Assembly: GCA_022486585.1 (NCBI GenBank)
Contig: JAKVKI010000004.1
Span: 21,496 to 85,495 of the forward strand
Source of the DNA: Megasphaera sp.
Lineage (GTDB): Bacteria; Bacillota; Negativicutes; Veillonellales; Megasphaeraceae
Length of the DNA stretch: 64,000 bases
Reading direction: 5' to 3'
Shown here: one piece after another, positions 1 through 9,641 of the stretch
How the letters are laid out: each line of letters opens with the position of its first letter
How positions within the stretch are numbered: the first letter of the stretch is position 1
Notes under the pieces: model-generated
Seen by the model: only the letters and a program-made list of their open reading frames with translations
The model's database searches: none
Told to the model about the DNA's origin: nothing
Translations under genes and position numbers: made by a program

Positions 1-2
1 AT

Positions 3-1112
3 AAATTAGCGGAATTGGCCGGTATCGATCCGTGGGAGATCCGCTATCGCAATGCCATCAGGCCGGGACAGACTCTGCCTAACGGGCAGATCGCCGATCC
101 GTCGACTGGTCTGGCAGAAACACTGGAGGCAGTAAAAGAGGCGTATTATCATAATGGACCGTATGTAGGAATCGCCTGTGCACTCAAGAATTCCGGCGTC
201 GGCGTCGGATTGCCGGACTACGGACGCTGCCGTCTTGTTATCAAGGACGGAGCTATCCATATTTATGCCGGTGCGTCCTGTATCGGCCAGGGTATCGGTA
301 CGGTCTTGACCCAAATGGTAGCTGAGGCAGCAGGTGTACCAATCCATGCTGTGATTTGGCATCATCCCAATACGGCAACAGCACCGGATTCGGGGACTAC
401 ATCAGGTTCGCGGCAGACGACACTTACTGGCGAAGCGGGCCGGCGGGCAGCAAAACAACTGCGCCGGGCGCTGTTTGCGGCCAAGGGACTGACCTATACC
501 TGTGATAGTCACGCGAGCACGTATTTGGCAGGTGTCACGGTAGAACAGGAAAACCCTGCTACGGCGGCTGTGCTGTTCACGGCAGCTGATATTAGTCTGC
601 TTGAAGGGACAGAATATATCGGGGAATACCTGGGCAAGACCGATGCTATGGGGACGCCGGTACCGCATCCTGTTTCCCACGTTGCCTATGGCTATGCTAC
701 TGACGTTTGTGTACTCAATGAAGACGGCACGATCAAGAAGATGGTAGCGGCCCATGATGTGGGCAAGATCGTCAATCCGAAGAGCCTGGAGGGGCAGATC
801 GAAGGCGGCGTCGTCATGGGATGCGGGTATGCTCTGACAGAGCAATATCCGCTGGAGCATTGCCGGCCAACGGCAAAATTCGGAACGCTGGGATTGTTCC
901 GTGCAGATAAGGCGCCGCACGTAGAAGCCATTGCTGTAGAGAAAAAGGGTGTTGATGTCGCGTTTGGAGCAATCGGCGTAGGTGAAATCACTTCGATCCC
1001 GCCAGCTCCGGCTGTAGCTGGCGCCTATTATGCCTGGAATGGGCAGTTTCAAACGGAAATCCCGTTGAAAGGGACGCCGTACAGCCGTAAGACACCGGTT
1101 CGTAAACCGTAA
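3..1112 (+). CDS. xdh: Xanthine dehydrogenase-family molybdopterin-binding subunit, C-terminal part (5' end outside window); probably the selenium-dependent type
   Basis: Frame is open from the window start. Mo-hydroxylase motifs: CIGQG, DSGTTSGSRQT, AAHDVGKIVNP, EGQIEGG, AIGVGE. Lies next to yqeB. Confidence 0.88.
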   Translation, partial: KLAELAGIDPWEIRYRNAIRPGQTLPNGQIADPSTGLAETLEAVKEAYYHNGPYVGIACALKNSGVGVGLPDYGRCRLVIKDGAIHIYAGASCIGQGIGTVLTQMVAEAAGVPIHAVIWHHPNTATAPDSGTTSGSRQTTLTGEAGRRAAKQLRRALFAAKGLTYTCDSHASTYLAGVTVEQENPATAAVLFTAADISLLEGTEYIGEYLGKTDAMGTPVPHPVSHVAYGYATDVCVLNEDGTIKKMVAAHDVGKIVNPKSLEGQIEGGVVMGCGYALTEQYPLEHCRPTAKFGTLGLFRADKAPHVEAIAVEKKGVDVAFGAIGVGEITSIPPAPAVAGAYYAWNGQFQTEIPLKGTPYSRKTPVRKP

Positions 1113-1139
1113 GACTATGTATTGACAAGGAGTTGCACC

Positions 1140-1985
1140 ATGCTGGATAAACTGATTATCGTTCGCGGCGGCGGCGACTTGGCGACAGGCGTCGTCCAAG
1201 CCCTTTGGCGGGCAGGATTTCCCGTCCTTATTCTGGAAGCAGGCGCGCCATCGGCAATCCGCCGTCAAGTCGCTCTCTGCGAAGCTGTATACGATGGTAC
1301 GGCTGTTGTCGAAGATATTCACTGCCGTCGTTGTCAAAGTCAGCAGGATCTGGAGCAGACCTGGCAGAACGGCGAAGTACCGCTGCTCGTGGATCCGGCT
1401 GGTGAAGCTATTGCAGGATTGCATCCCTGGGCCGTCGTCGATGCTATTATTGCCAAGAAGAACCTGGGTACGACACGGTCTATGGCACCGAAGACCATTG
1501 CTTTGGGACCGGGCTTTACAGCCGGTGTCGATGTCGATGTCGTCGTTGAGACCATGCGCGGCCATAATTTAGGCTGTCTTATCCGTCAAGGCCAGGCCAG
1601 ACCCAATACAGGTGTGCCTGGTGTCATTGGCGGCGCAAGCAAGGAACGGGTCATCCACAGTCCGGCTGGCGGCTGGTTCTATAATTTGGTCCACATTGGC
1701 GATGTCGTACAAAAAGGAGAAGCCATTGCTGTGATTACGCCAGAAGCGCTGGCAGACGAAGTTGATCCGGCAGCGGCACAGGGTGTGTTGGTGCCAGCCT
1801 CGCTGACCGGTATCATCCGTGGCCTCATACGCAATGGGTATGTCGTGACGACGGGTTTCAAGGTGGCAGATATTGACCCGCGCAGAGAAGAAATTAAAAA
1901 TTGTTTCACTATTTCTGATAAAGCCAGGAATCTGGGTGGTGCCGTATTAACGGCGCTGCTCATGCTTGCCCGGGAACAGACATAG
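1140..1985 (+). CDS. yqeB: Selenium-dependent molybdenum hydroxylase accessory protein YqeB
   Basis: IIVRGGGDLATG N-terminus, VVDAIIAKKNLG, ETMRGHNLG, KVADIDPR, TISDKAR; SD AGGAG before ATG 1140. Confidence 0.88.
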   Translation: MLDKLIIVRGGGDLATGVVQALWRAGFPVLILEAGAPSAIRRQVALCEAVYDGTAVVEDIHCRRCQSQQDLEQTWQNGEVPLLVDPAGEAIAGLHPWAVVDAIIAKKNLGTTRSMAPKTIALGPGFTAGVDVDVVVETMRGHNLGCLIRQGQARPNTGVPGVIGGASKERVIHSPAGGWFYNLVHIGDVVQKGEAIAVITPEALADEVDPAAAQGVLVPASLTGIIRGLIRNGYVVTTGFKVADIDPRREEIKNCFTISDKARNLGGAVLTALLMLAREQT

Positions 1986-1995
1986 GAATATCTAT

Positions 1996-2043
1996 AAAAA
2001 CAGCCATAGTATGCAGGAATCTTGCATACTATGGCTGTTTTTT
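1996..2043. terminator. Bidirectional intrinsic terminator between yqeB and fdhD
   Basis: AAAAACAGCCATAGTATGCA...TGCATACTATGGCTGTTTTTT inverted repeat between convergent genes. Confidence 0.88.
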
Positions 2044-2056
2044 AGTAGTCTTGAAG

Positions 2057-2773
2057 TTAGACGAGTATCCGTTCACCATGGGTAAAGATGCGAAAACGAT
2101 CCGTTCGCAGTCCGCAAAGGAGGGTCATGCCGTATTGGTCAGCCAGGCGGATCCCCAGGGTTGACGGCATGGCTCGTGAAGCCAGGATAGAAAGGCCCAT
2201 GGCGTGTGCTTTGACAATGACGGATTGAGGTACGCGGCCGCTGAAGATGAGCAGGGCCTGTGATACATCGATATGGTGCAGGGCGGCTGTACCGCGCAAG
2301 CGGTCTAATACATTGTGCCGGCCTATATCTTCGGCATAGGCCAGCAGTGTGGTGCCCTGGACAAGGGCACCTTCATGGATGCCATGCGAGCGATGGTGTG
2401 CAGCTGATAACGAATCCAGTATATTCCCATAACGGTATACATCAGCAGCCCGTATGGTGAAGTCCTGCGACTGGTGCCATGGTGTGGCAGCGGCCGGTCC
2501 TGTCACTACCTGGGCAGTACCGTTTTGGACGATGACATCCCGGATCTCCTGGCCGGCAGGGAGTCTGTTTTCAGCCAGACAATAGCCGGCGGCGAGAGAA
2601 CACAAATCATGAGGCGACGATACGAGGGTCGTCGTAAAGATGCCGTTCAGAAATACCTCTGTACTGACTTCGTCGGCAACCGGTACGATACCTTTTTGGA
2701 TAGTACCTGCACTTGTGACGTCTGTATACGGCAAGGCTGTGCAGGAGGAAAAAAAGGTTTTTGTTGGTTTCAT
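2057..2773 (-). CDS. fdhD: Formate dehydrogenase accessory protein FdhD
   Basis: EDIGRHNVLD and FSGRV motifs; ATG 2773 overlaps the upstream stop (ATGA). Confidence 0.85.
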   Translation of the reverse strand: MKPTKTFFSSCTALPYTDVTSAGTIQKGIVPVADEVSTEVFLNGIFTTTLVSSPHDLCSLAAGYCLAENRLPAGQEIRDVIVQNGTAQVVTGPAAATPWHQSQDFTIRAADVYRYGNILDSLSAAHHRSHGIHEGALVQGTTLLAYAEDIGRHNVLDRLRGTAALHHIDVSQALLIFSGRVPQSVIVKAHAMGLSILASRAMPSTLGIRLADQYGMTLLCGLRTDRFRIFTHGERILV

Positions 2774-3300
2774 CGTTCGGTTTCCTTGGCGGCTTTTGCA
2801 GCTTTTGCTTTTGCCAGTGCTTTGGCCCGGGCTTCGACAGGATCGAAGAGGCTCAGCGCTTCTGTAGGACAGGCAGGGATACAGGCTGGTTCGCCTGTTT
2901 CGGTATGGGCACAGAGGTCGCATTTATATGCTACCATGCGGAACGGCTGACCATGGGTATCACCGTGATAGGTCATGGTCATATTGATGGCGTCAAACGG
3001 GCAGGCCCGCGCACATTTGCCACAGCCCCGGCATTTTGTTTCATCCAGGAGGACGGCATCATTGCCGAGCGTAATGACCCCGAAGGGGCAGGCTTCCAGG
3101 CACTTCGGCTTGGGGCACTGGTGGCAGTGGATGGGTTTTGTCGTCTCCTTTGTCTTGACGACGTGGATCCGTGGTGTGAAATCATAGCTGTCCGGATTCA
3201 GCGCAAAAATGCGTTTTCCTGTATGATTGACGACGCAGGCTGCCATGCAGGTCTGACAACCGATGCACAAGGTTTGGTCTACGTTGACGAATTTATGCAT
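2770..3300 (-). CDS. 4Fe-4S dicluster electron-transfer subunit (HydN/HycB-like) of formate dehydrogenase
   Basis: CIGCQTCMAAC, CHQCPKPKCLEACP, CRGCGKCARACP and CDLC...CIPACP motifs. Confidence 0.88.
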   Translation of the reverse strand: MHKFVNVDQTLCIGCQTCMAACVVNHTGKRIFALNPDSYDFTPRIHVVKTKETTKPIHCHQCPKPKCLEACPFGVITLGNDAVLLDETKCRGCGKCARACPFDAINMTMTYHGDTHGQPFRMVAYKCDLCAHTETGEPACIPACPTEALSLFDPVEARAKALAKAKAAKAAKETER

Positions 3301-5498
3301 TATTTCGGATTACCTCCCGGAGTGATGCCCATGTTGGTACGGATGCGGGCATACTGGTCTTGAATGTATTGTTCGGCTTTGCGCTGGTTATCGATCTTTT
3401 CGACGCGACAGGCGCAGTATTTGAATTCTGGTGTGTTACTTTTAGGATCCAGTGCGGAACTGGTCAATTCGTTGCAGGCGCCGATCCACCATTGGTAGGT
3501 CATATACGTCGAGCCGATAGAGACTCGTTCTGTTGGCAGGCAGCGGGTCATGGTTTGGCCTCGAGGTGAAATGACTCGGACCAGTTCGTCCTGGCGGATG
3601 CCTAAATCAGCGCAGTCTGCCGGGTTCATGGCAATATAACCCGGCTCTTCTGCTAAGGAATGCAACAGGCGGCAGTTACCGGTCATGGTACGGACTGAAT
3701 AATGGCCTACTTCGCGAACAGTTGCCAAAGACAGGGGAAATTCATGATTTTCCCGTTCCTGTACAGGTGTATACGGATAGAAGTAGAAATGACCTTTGCC
3801 ATCAGCTGTAGAGAAATGGGCGTTTTTATGCAGATACGTTGTTCCTGTATCCGATATGTCTGGTGAATAGCAAGGCCACTGAATGCCATGGTCCATTTCC
3901 AGCTTTTCATAAGTGGCACCGGCGAATTTAGGAGACAGCGAACGCATTTCATTCCAGATCTGCTGGGTGTTATCGTAGTGCATGGCATAGCCCATGGCCG
4001 TAGCGAGACGGCAGAGGATATCCCAGTCTGTTTTCAGATCTGGTGATGGTTTGACCAGACGATGGATCCGCTGGAACCGACGGTCGCAGGAGGTGTAGAC
4101 ACCTTCGTGTTCGCCCCAGGCCGTAGCCGGGAAGATGACGTCAGCGTATTCACAAGTCTTGTTGCGGAAAATATCCTGGACGATGACAAAATCGATATTC
4201 GATAAGGTCTCGCGAATCTCCGGCAGATTCGGGTCTGACTGAGCCGGGTCTTCACCGATGATGTAATACGCATGGATCTGTTTCTGCGGGTCCTTTTCCT
4301 GGAGCACCTTTTGAGGTACCTGCGTCAGGCGCAATCCTGGCCGGGCTGACAGCTGTACGCCCCAGGCACTGCTGAATTTTTCTCTGGCGGCATAGTCTGA
4401 TACGGATTGATAGCCTGGCAGCATATCCGGCAGGAGTCCCATATCACAGGTCCCTTGGACGTTGTTCTGTCCCCGTACAGGACCGACGCCGGTGGCATAG
4501 TGGCCGTAGTTTCCTGTGAGAAGACACAGGTTGGAGCAGGCAATGACACATTCTACGCCTTGAGAGAATTGGGTAATGCCCATGCCCCATAAGGTCATGG
4601 TGTGCTTTGAGGATGCGAATAAATGGGCTGCTTTGCGAATGTCCTGTGGATCCAGACGGGTCCGTTCGGCTACGGTTTCCGGCGCATACAGGGCACTGGA
4701 AATAGCTTTAGCATAAGAGGAGAACCCTGATGTATGGGTCTTGATGAAATCATGGTCGATCAGGCCCTCTGTAACGATGACATGGGCCATGGCATTGAGG
4801 AACAGCATATTAGTGCCGCCTTTAATAGGTAAATACAGGTCAGCAATACGGGCTGTTTCTGTGCGCCGCGGATCGACACAGATGATTTTGCAGCCTTTCT
4901 TTTTGGCCCGGACGATGCGACGGGCGACTAAGGGATGAGAGACAGGACCGTTATAGCCCATGTTGAAAATAACTTCTGCATCCTCTATTTCAGGGATGCT
5001 GAAGGACATAGCGCCTTCACCTACGGACTCACCGAGTCCGGCAACGGAGGGGGCGTGTCAAACACGGGCACAGTGGTCGACATTATTGGTGCCGATGACT
5101 GCGCGGGCAAATTTTTGCGTAATATAGGCTGCTTCATTTCCCGGGCCCCGGGCAGAACCGGCGACCATGATCGTATCGGGGCCATAGAGCTTGATCATGG
5201 AGTTGAGCCGGTCGGCAGTGAAGCGGAGTGCTTCGTCCCAGGATACTTCTTCTAAGGGAGAGGACTTGCCGTGTTTGCGAATGAGCGGGCGGCGGAGCCG
5301 TTTGGTCAGGATCTGCGGATCGTTCAGATAATCCCATCCGTAGAGACCTTTGAGGCACAAACGGCCGTCGTTATTGACACCATCAGGAGAGCCTTGGGCT
5401 TCAATGATGCGGTTGTTTGTCGTATCGACAGTAAAATCAATGACGCAGCCTGTACCACAGTAGGGACAGACTGTATCTATATGTTTATACGTATCCAT
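3300..5498 (-). CDS. fdhF: Selenocysteine-containing formate dehydrogenase alpha subunit (732 aa), Sec codon TGA at 5060-5058
   Basis: ORFs 5058-5498 and 3300-5009 share a frame and join as NNVDHCARV-U-HAPSVAGLGESVGEGAMS, matching the FdhF CARVUHGPSVAGL motif; also CPYCGTGC and RGQNNVQG. Confidence 0.95.
5012..5057 (-). promoter_or_regulatory. Bacterial SECIS element of fdhF
   Basis: Perfect hairpin CGGACUC-GGU-GAGUCCG (5040-5024) starting 17 nt after the UGA, with a lower CGCC/GGCG pairing. Confidence 0.8.
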
Positions 5499-5539
5499 GA
5501 AAAAATCATCCTTTCTGTCATACTACAAGGTACTGGCGG

Positions 5540-6769
5540 CTATAGCCTGCGCAGTAGTAAGACTGGAACGGCCTGCCCTTTATGGTGCGGCGGCGTTCCT
5601 TTTTTTATCAGGGCCAGCCCGTTTGTATAGGCCAGGCCTAATAAGGCGCTCGAAGTTAGAATTTGGTTCGGTGTAAAGACAGGTTCGCCGTTGTCGAAGG
5701 TGACATGGCCCTGGATGTAGCGGTCTACAGGATTTTCTTTGTACAGGTCCTGGGACAAGCGACAGGTTATCTTGGGGAAATCCATATTTTTTTCACCGCG
5801 AAGCCTGCGTAAGACCGGGACGGCTAGCAAATGATAGGCATTGAACGCGGCAGAGGGATTACCAGATAGACCTAAGACCGGTATAGGTTGTCCGTTGCTG
5901 CTAGGGATCACGGCACCGTAAGAAGCGGAACCGGGGCGCATAGTAACGCGCTTGTAAAGCCGCCGGGCGCCTAATGCTTCATAGAGTTGCGGCATCGTGT
6001 CGTACAGACCGACAGATACGCCGCCGGTACTGAGAATGATATGGGCTTTTTTAGCAAGCGTACGGACGATTTCTATTTCATCGGCCAAGTGCGACGGGTC
6101 GTCTGTAACATGATGAAAGGAAAGATGCTGCAGACCTTCTTCTTGCAGGAGTCCTTTTAAGAGAAAGGCATTAGAATTAAACAACTGCCCTTCACTGCGG
6201 TGCTGTCCCGGCAGGACCAGTTCCCGGCCGGAGGTCAGGAGCAGTACATGTATGTCTTCGTAGACAGGAAGCCGTTCATTCCCCAGTCCGACAGCAGCTG
6301 AAATGGCGCCACTCGTAAGCGTCGTTCCCTGGGGAATCAGGCGGGCACCAGCGGGACATTCTTCACCAACAGGGATGATATTGCTGCCCCGTTGGAACGG
6401 TGCTGTTATATGGAGGGAATTGCCAGTAACGATGGCCTGTTCCTGCATGATGACTGTATCGCAGGCATCAGGAACGGCGCAGCCTGTCATGAGACGGATC
6501 GCTTCTTGCGGACCTACGGGACCCGTATAGAGTTGGCCGGCACCGATTGTTGCAATGATCGTAAAATCCCGGCAAGCGCCGCAACTATGTACGGCGTAGC
6601 CATCGAAGGGGGATTTGCGATACGGCGGATAGGGGTGAACAGAGCGGATATCTGCAGCAGCGACGCGGTGAAGTGCCTGGTCGGGAGAAATATATTCTAT
6701 AAGATGGTGCGAGGCTGCCAAGGCTTGACGCCAACGGTGTTGCGCCTCGGCAACAGTGATGATTTCCAT
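5540..6769 (-). CDS. moeA: Molybdopterin molybdotransferase MoeA
   Basis: SPFDGYAV, RLMTG, STGGVSVG, MRPG, GLSGNP motifs. Confidence 0.92.
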   Translation of the reverse strand: MEIITVAEAQHRWRQALAASHHLIEYISPDQALHRVAAADIRSVHPYPPYRKSPFDGYAVHSCGACRDFTIIATIGAGQLYTGPVGPQEAIRLMTGCAVPDACDTVIMQEQAIVTGNSLHITAPFQRGSNIIPVGEECPAGARLIPQGTTLTSGAISAAVGLGNERLPVYEDIHVLLLTSGRELVLPGQHRSEGQLFNSNAFLLKGLLQEEGLQHLSFHHVTDDPSHLADEIEIVRTLAKKAHIILSTGGVSVGLYDTMPQLYEALGARRLYKRVTMRPGSASYGAVIPSSNGQPIPVLGLSGNPSAAFNAYHLLAVPVLRRLRGEKNMDFPKITCRLSQDLYKENPVDRYIQGHVTFDNGEPVFTPNQILTSSALLGLAYTNGLALIKKGTPPHHKGQAVPVLLLRRL

Positions 6770-6772
6770 GCG

Positions 6773-7888
6773 TTAGATCCCCATAATAGTAAGAATATAC
6801 GGAATGAGCCTGTCTGTATGGGACAGGGAAAAGTGATGGCATACGTCGTCGTCAGAGCAGTCGTAGTCATGCAGGGTGGCGATGACGTCGTCAGTCGTGT
6901 TTAGAGCAATCTTGGCAGTCAGGTTTGTCTCCATACGAGGAAACGGACCATGACAGCGACTTTCGATGATGACCAGGTCAGCCGGATGCTGCTGGGATAA
7001 GGCCAGGAGAACGGCTTCTTTGTCTTTGTGGGCCGGCACATCGGCTGGTGTGCAGGTCAAGGCAAAGGCAGCACCGCTTTGCAAGGCTCGGTCTGTATCG
7101 GAACCTTTTTTTTCTGCCCTAACTGGATGATGGGTGCTTTTGATATAGCCGATACAGTATCCCCGGTCATGCAGGGCTCGGATAATAGCCGTAGCAGCCG
7201 TTGTTTTTCCGACGCCGGAATGGTCACCTGTTATGGATATGACCGGGACTGTACGGTGACGGCTCACCTCGCAGGCTCGGGCGTCCTTATAGGCTGAAGG
7301 TGTATTTGTATTAGTATATAAGAAGGCGTGTTTCGTTTCGTTTATCCGGCAGACAGGAAGCGTGTCGTACAGGGAACGGACACGATAGTCGTGGCGTCGT
7401 AATGCTGCAATGACAGCAGGATAGATATTGGCCGGGTACAGGGCAGCTAAGGGCTGGTCACGGCCTTTGACGACGGGCAGGAGAATCGGGATAAGGCCTG
7501 TCGTGTCCGGTGTCAGCCACTGCGGATGAGCCAGCCAGTCTTGCAATGGTGAAAAATCATAGAACGGAAGATCTGCAGACAGGACGGCATAGTAGTCACA
7601 GGTGCCCGTGCGCAGCGCTGCCTCCAAGCCGCCTAAGGGGCCGCAGTCTTTATAGGTGTCAGCCACGATCTGGAGCGGACAGGCTGCTGACGGCAGGCTT
7701 TGGTCAGGAAGGGGGGCATTGATAGAAATAATGATTTCCCGAAAAGGGAGGCACAGGCTGCGTCGCAGTAATTCAGACAACAGCGTGCCGTTGTGCCAGG
7801 GAAGGCTGGCTTTGTCGCAGCCCATGCGAGAACTGCGGCCACCGGCAAGAATGATCAAGCCAATGTGTGCATATATGGGATTTGTCAT
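6773..7888 (-). CDS. mobAB: MobA-MobB fusion (Moco guanylyltransferase plus P-loop MobB domain)
   Basis: N-terminal LAGGRSSRMG..DKA and GPLGG; C-terminal SGVGKTT, IKSTHH, GSDT. Confidence 0.85.
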   Translation of the reverse strand: MTNPIYAHIGLIILAGGRSSRMGCDKASLPWHNGTLLSELLRRSLCLPFREIIISINAPLPDQSLPSAACPLQIVADTYKDCGPLGGLEAALRTGTCDYYAVLSADLPFYDFSPLQDWLAHPQWLTPDTTGLIPILLPVVKGRDQPLAALYPANIYPAVIAALRRHDYRVRSLYDTLPVCRINETKHAFLYTNTNTPSAYKDARACEVSRHRTVPVISITGDHSGVGKTTAATAIIRALHDRGYCIGYIKSTHHPVRAEKKGSDTDRALQSGAAFALTCTPADVPAHKDKEAVLLALSQQHPADLVIIESRCHGPFPRMETNLTAKIALNTTDDVIATLHDYDCSDDDVCHHFSLSHTDRLIPYILTIMGI

Positions 7889-8144
7889 AGAATACCTCTA
7901 TCGTATTTACTATCAACATCGTACCACAAGTAATGGCGACACGAAAGAGGGGCAGGGAGGTTCGTTGAAAAAAAGCGCCCTCGCAGGGTGAAGCAAGGAG
8001 AGAATATATTTTTTTGTCGGCCTTGGGAGGGTGATATTGCAAATATTGCAAATACTAAAAAAAATTGTGGAAACCTAATAAATTTTCATGTATAATAAAG
8101 ACAAATAAAACAGGGCGTGTCTCGGCAGGCCCTGTTAGTATGAC

Positions 8145-8174
8145 GACCGTTATATATGTGTGTGAATAACGGTC
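8145..8174. promoter_or_regulatory. ModE-box-like operator
   Basis: GACCGTTAT...ATAACGGTC 9-bp inverted repeat; core CGTTATATA-N6-TGAATAACG resembles the ModE consensus; just upstream of the SD of the modE-like gene. Confidence 0.65.
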
Positions 8175-8188
8175 AGGAAGGAGTCGGG

Positions 8189-8575
8189 ATGGCTGAACAA
8201 GGACTTCATTGCAAGGTGACAGTTCGTATTATGACTGATAAGAAGGCCTTTGGGCCTGGTGTAGCAGCTGTGCTGGCCGGCGTGCGTGACTATGGTTCCT
8301 TGCAAGGAGCAGCCCGAACGATGGGAATGTCCTATACGAAGGCCTGGACGATCGTACGGGAGGCAGAAAAGATATGGGGATTTCCGCTGATGCAACGTCA
8401 TGCAGGTGGCAAAGAAGGCGGGAGTTCTGTCTTGACGGACCAGGCTGGTATCGTGTTGGAACGGTACGAGGCAATGACCCGACAGTTGCATGCGTTAGCA
8501 GAGCAGGAGTTCCAGCGATACTTTAATGATGAGGAACTAGAGAAATTACGAAAATCCCCTGGCAGTTCCAGATGA
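8189..8575 (+). CDS. modE: ModE-like winged-helix regulator (DNA-binding domain only)
   Basis: FGPG, GSLQGAARTMGMSYTKAW, GGKEGGSSVLT are typical of the ModE N-terminal domain; SD AAGGAG. Confidence 0.8.
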   Translation: MAEQGLHCKVTVRIMTDKKAFGPGVAAVLAGVRDYGSLQGAARTMGMSYTKAWTIVREAEKIWGFPLMQRHAGGKEGGSSVLTDQAGIVLERYEAMTRQLHALAEQEFQRYFNDEELEKLRKSPGSSR

Positions 8576-8587
8576 GGTGAAGAGACG

Positions 8588-9607
8588 ATGAAATTAATGA
8601 AGACAGAAGACGCAGCGGGTCAAGTCCTGTGCCATGATATTACACAGATCATCCGCGGCGTCTCTAAAGGACCGGTATTTCGCAAAGGTCATGTGATACA
8701 GGAGGAGGATATTCCTGTATTGCTGTCTGTTGGCAAAGAGAGTATATATATTTGGGAAAACGATGCGACACGGTTGCATGAGAATGAGGCTGCAGTTATT
8801 TTGCGCGATATTTGTATGGGCAGTCATATGCATGGCAGTGAAGCTAAGGAAGGGAAAATCGAGGTGATCGCAGATTGCGATGGGTTGCTCACTGTTGATA
8901 CAGCGCATGTAAAGGCCGTCAATTCGTTAGGGGAAATGATGATCGCTACACGACATGGCGGATTTGCTGTCAAAAAAGGAGATGTCTTGGCAGGGACGCG
9001 TATTATCCCGCTGGTCATTGAAAAAGAAAAGATGGCTCAGGCCCGGGCTGCTGCCGGGACAGTGCCGTTATTGCAGATCAGGCCCTTTAAAGCGAAACGG
9101 GCTGGTGTTGTAACGACGGGTAATGAAGTCTTTCGGGGCCGCATCGCCGATACGTTTACGCCGGTCATTGAAGATAAACTGCGGCCTTTCGGTATTTCTA
9201 TGGAACGGCATGTTACGCTGGCCGATGATCCGGCAGCGATTACAGCGGCTATTCAGGATATGCTGGAACAGGGCATGGATATGGTCCTGTGCAGCGGCGG
9301 TATGAGCGTCGATCCGGACGATCAGACGCCGCTGGCTATTAAAAACACGGGAGCTGCTGTAGTGACTTACGGCGCACCCGTATTGCCAGGCGCCATGTTC
9401 CTGCTGGCGTACGCGGCAGATGGCAGGCCTGTTGTCGGACTGCCAGGCTGTGTCATGTATGCCAAACGGACGATTTTTGATCTCGTACTGCCAGCACTGG
9501 CTGCGGGAGTTGCCGTTACGGCTGACCAATTATCATCGTTAGGTGAAGGCGGTTTGTGCCTGAACTGCAAGGTCTGTACGTTCCCTAACTGTGGTTTTGG
9601 AAAGTAG
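8588..9607 (+). CDS. Molybdopterin-binding (MoeA-like) protein with a C-terminal Cys cluster
   Basis: VVTTGNEV, SGGMSVDPDD, PVLPGAM, GLPGCV; ends CLNCKVCTFPNCGFGK. Confidence 0.8.
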   Translation: MKLMKTEDAAGQVLCHDITQIIRGVSKGPVFRKGHVIQEEDIPVLLSVGKESIYIWENDATRLHENEAAVILRDICMGSHMHGSEAKEGKIEVIADCDGLLTVDTAHVKAVNSLGEMMIATRHGGFAVKKGDVLAGTRIIPLVIEKEKMAQARAAAGTVPLLQIRPFKAKRAGVVTTGNEVFRGRIADTFTPVIEDKLRPFGISMERHVTLADDPAAITAAIQDMLEQGMDMVLCSGGMSVDPDDQTPLAIKNTGAAVVTYGAPVLPGAMFLLAYAADGRPVVGLPGCVMYAKRTIFDLVLPALAAGVAVTADQLSSLGEGGLCLNCKVCTFPNCGFGK

Positions 9608-9641
9608 GGTATGTAGATGAGTGGGAAGAAAGGGAAGTTGC

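Noticed and set aside
402-1565. 387-aa antisense ORF and the many other overlapping ORFs in the track
   Set aside because: Shadows of well-supported genes on another strand or frame, with no recognisable motifs
3300-5498. fdhF as a pseudogene or two separate genes
   Set aside because: The single stop is a UGA at the conserved Sec position with a SECIS hairpin, and there is no frameshift
7889-8188. Moco riboswitch or sigma-54 promoter in the divergent intergenic region
   Set aside because: No recognisable Moco-RNA core; GG/GC spacing before TTGC does not fit -24/-12; only a short ATATTGCAA tandem repeat is present
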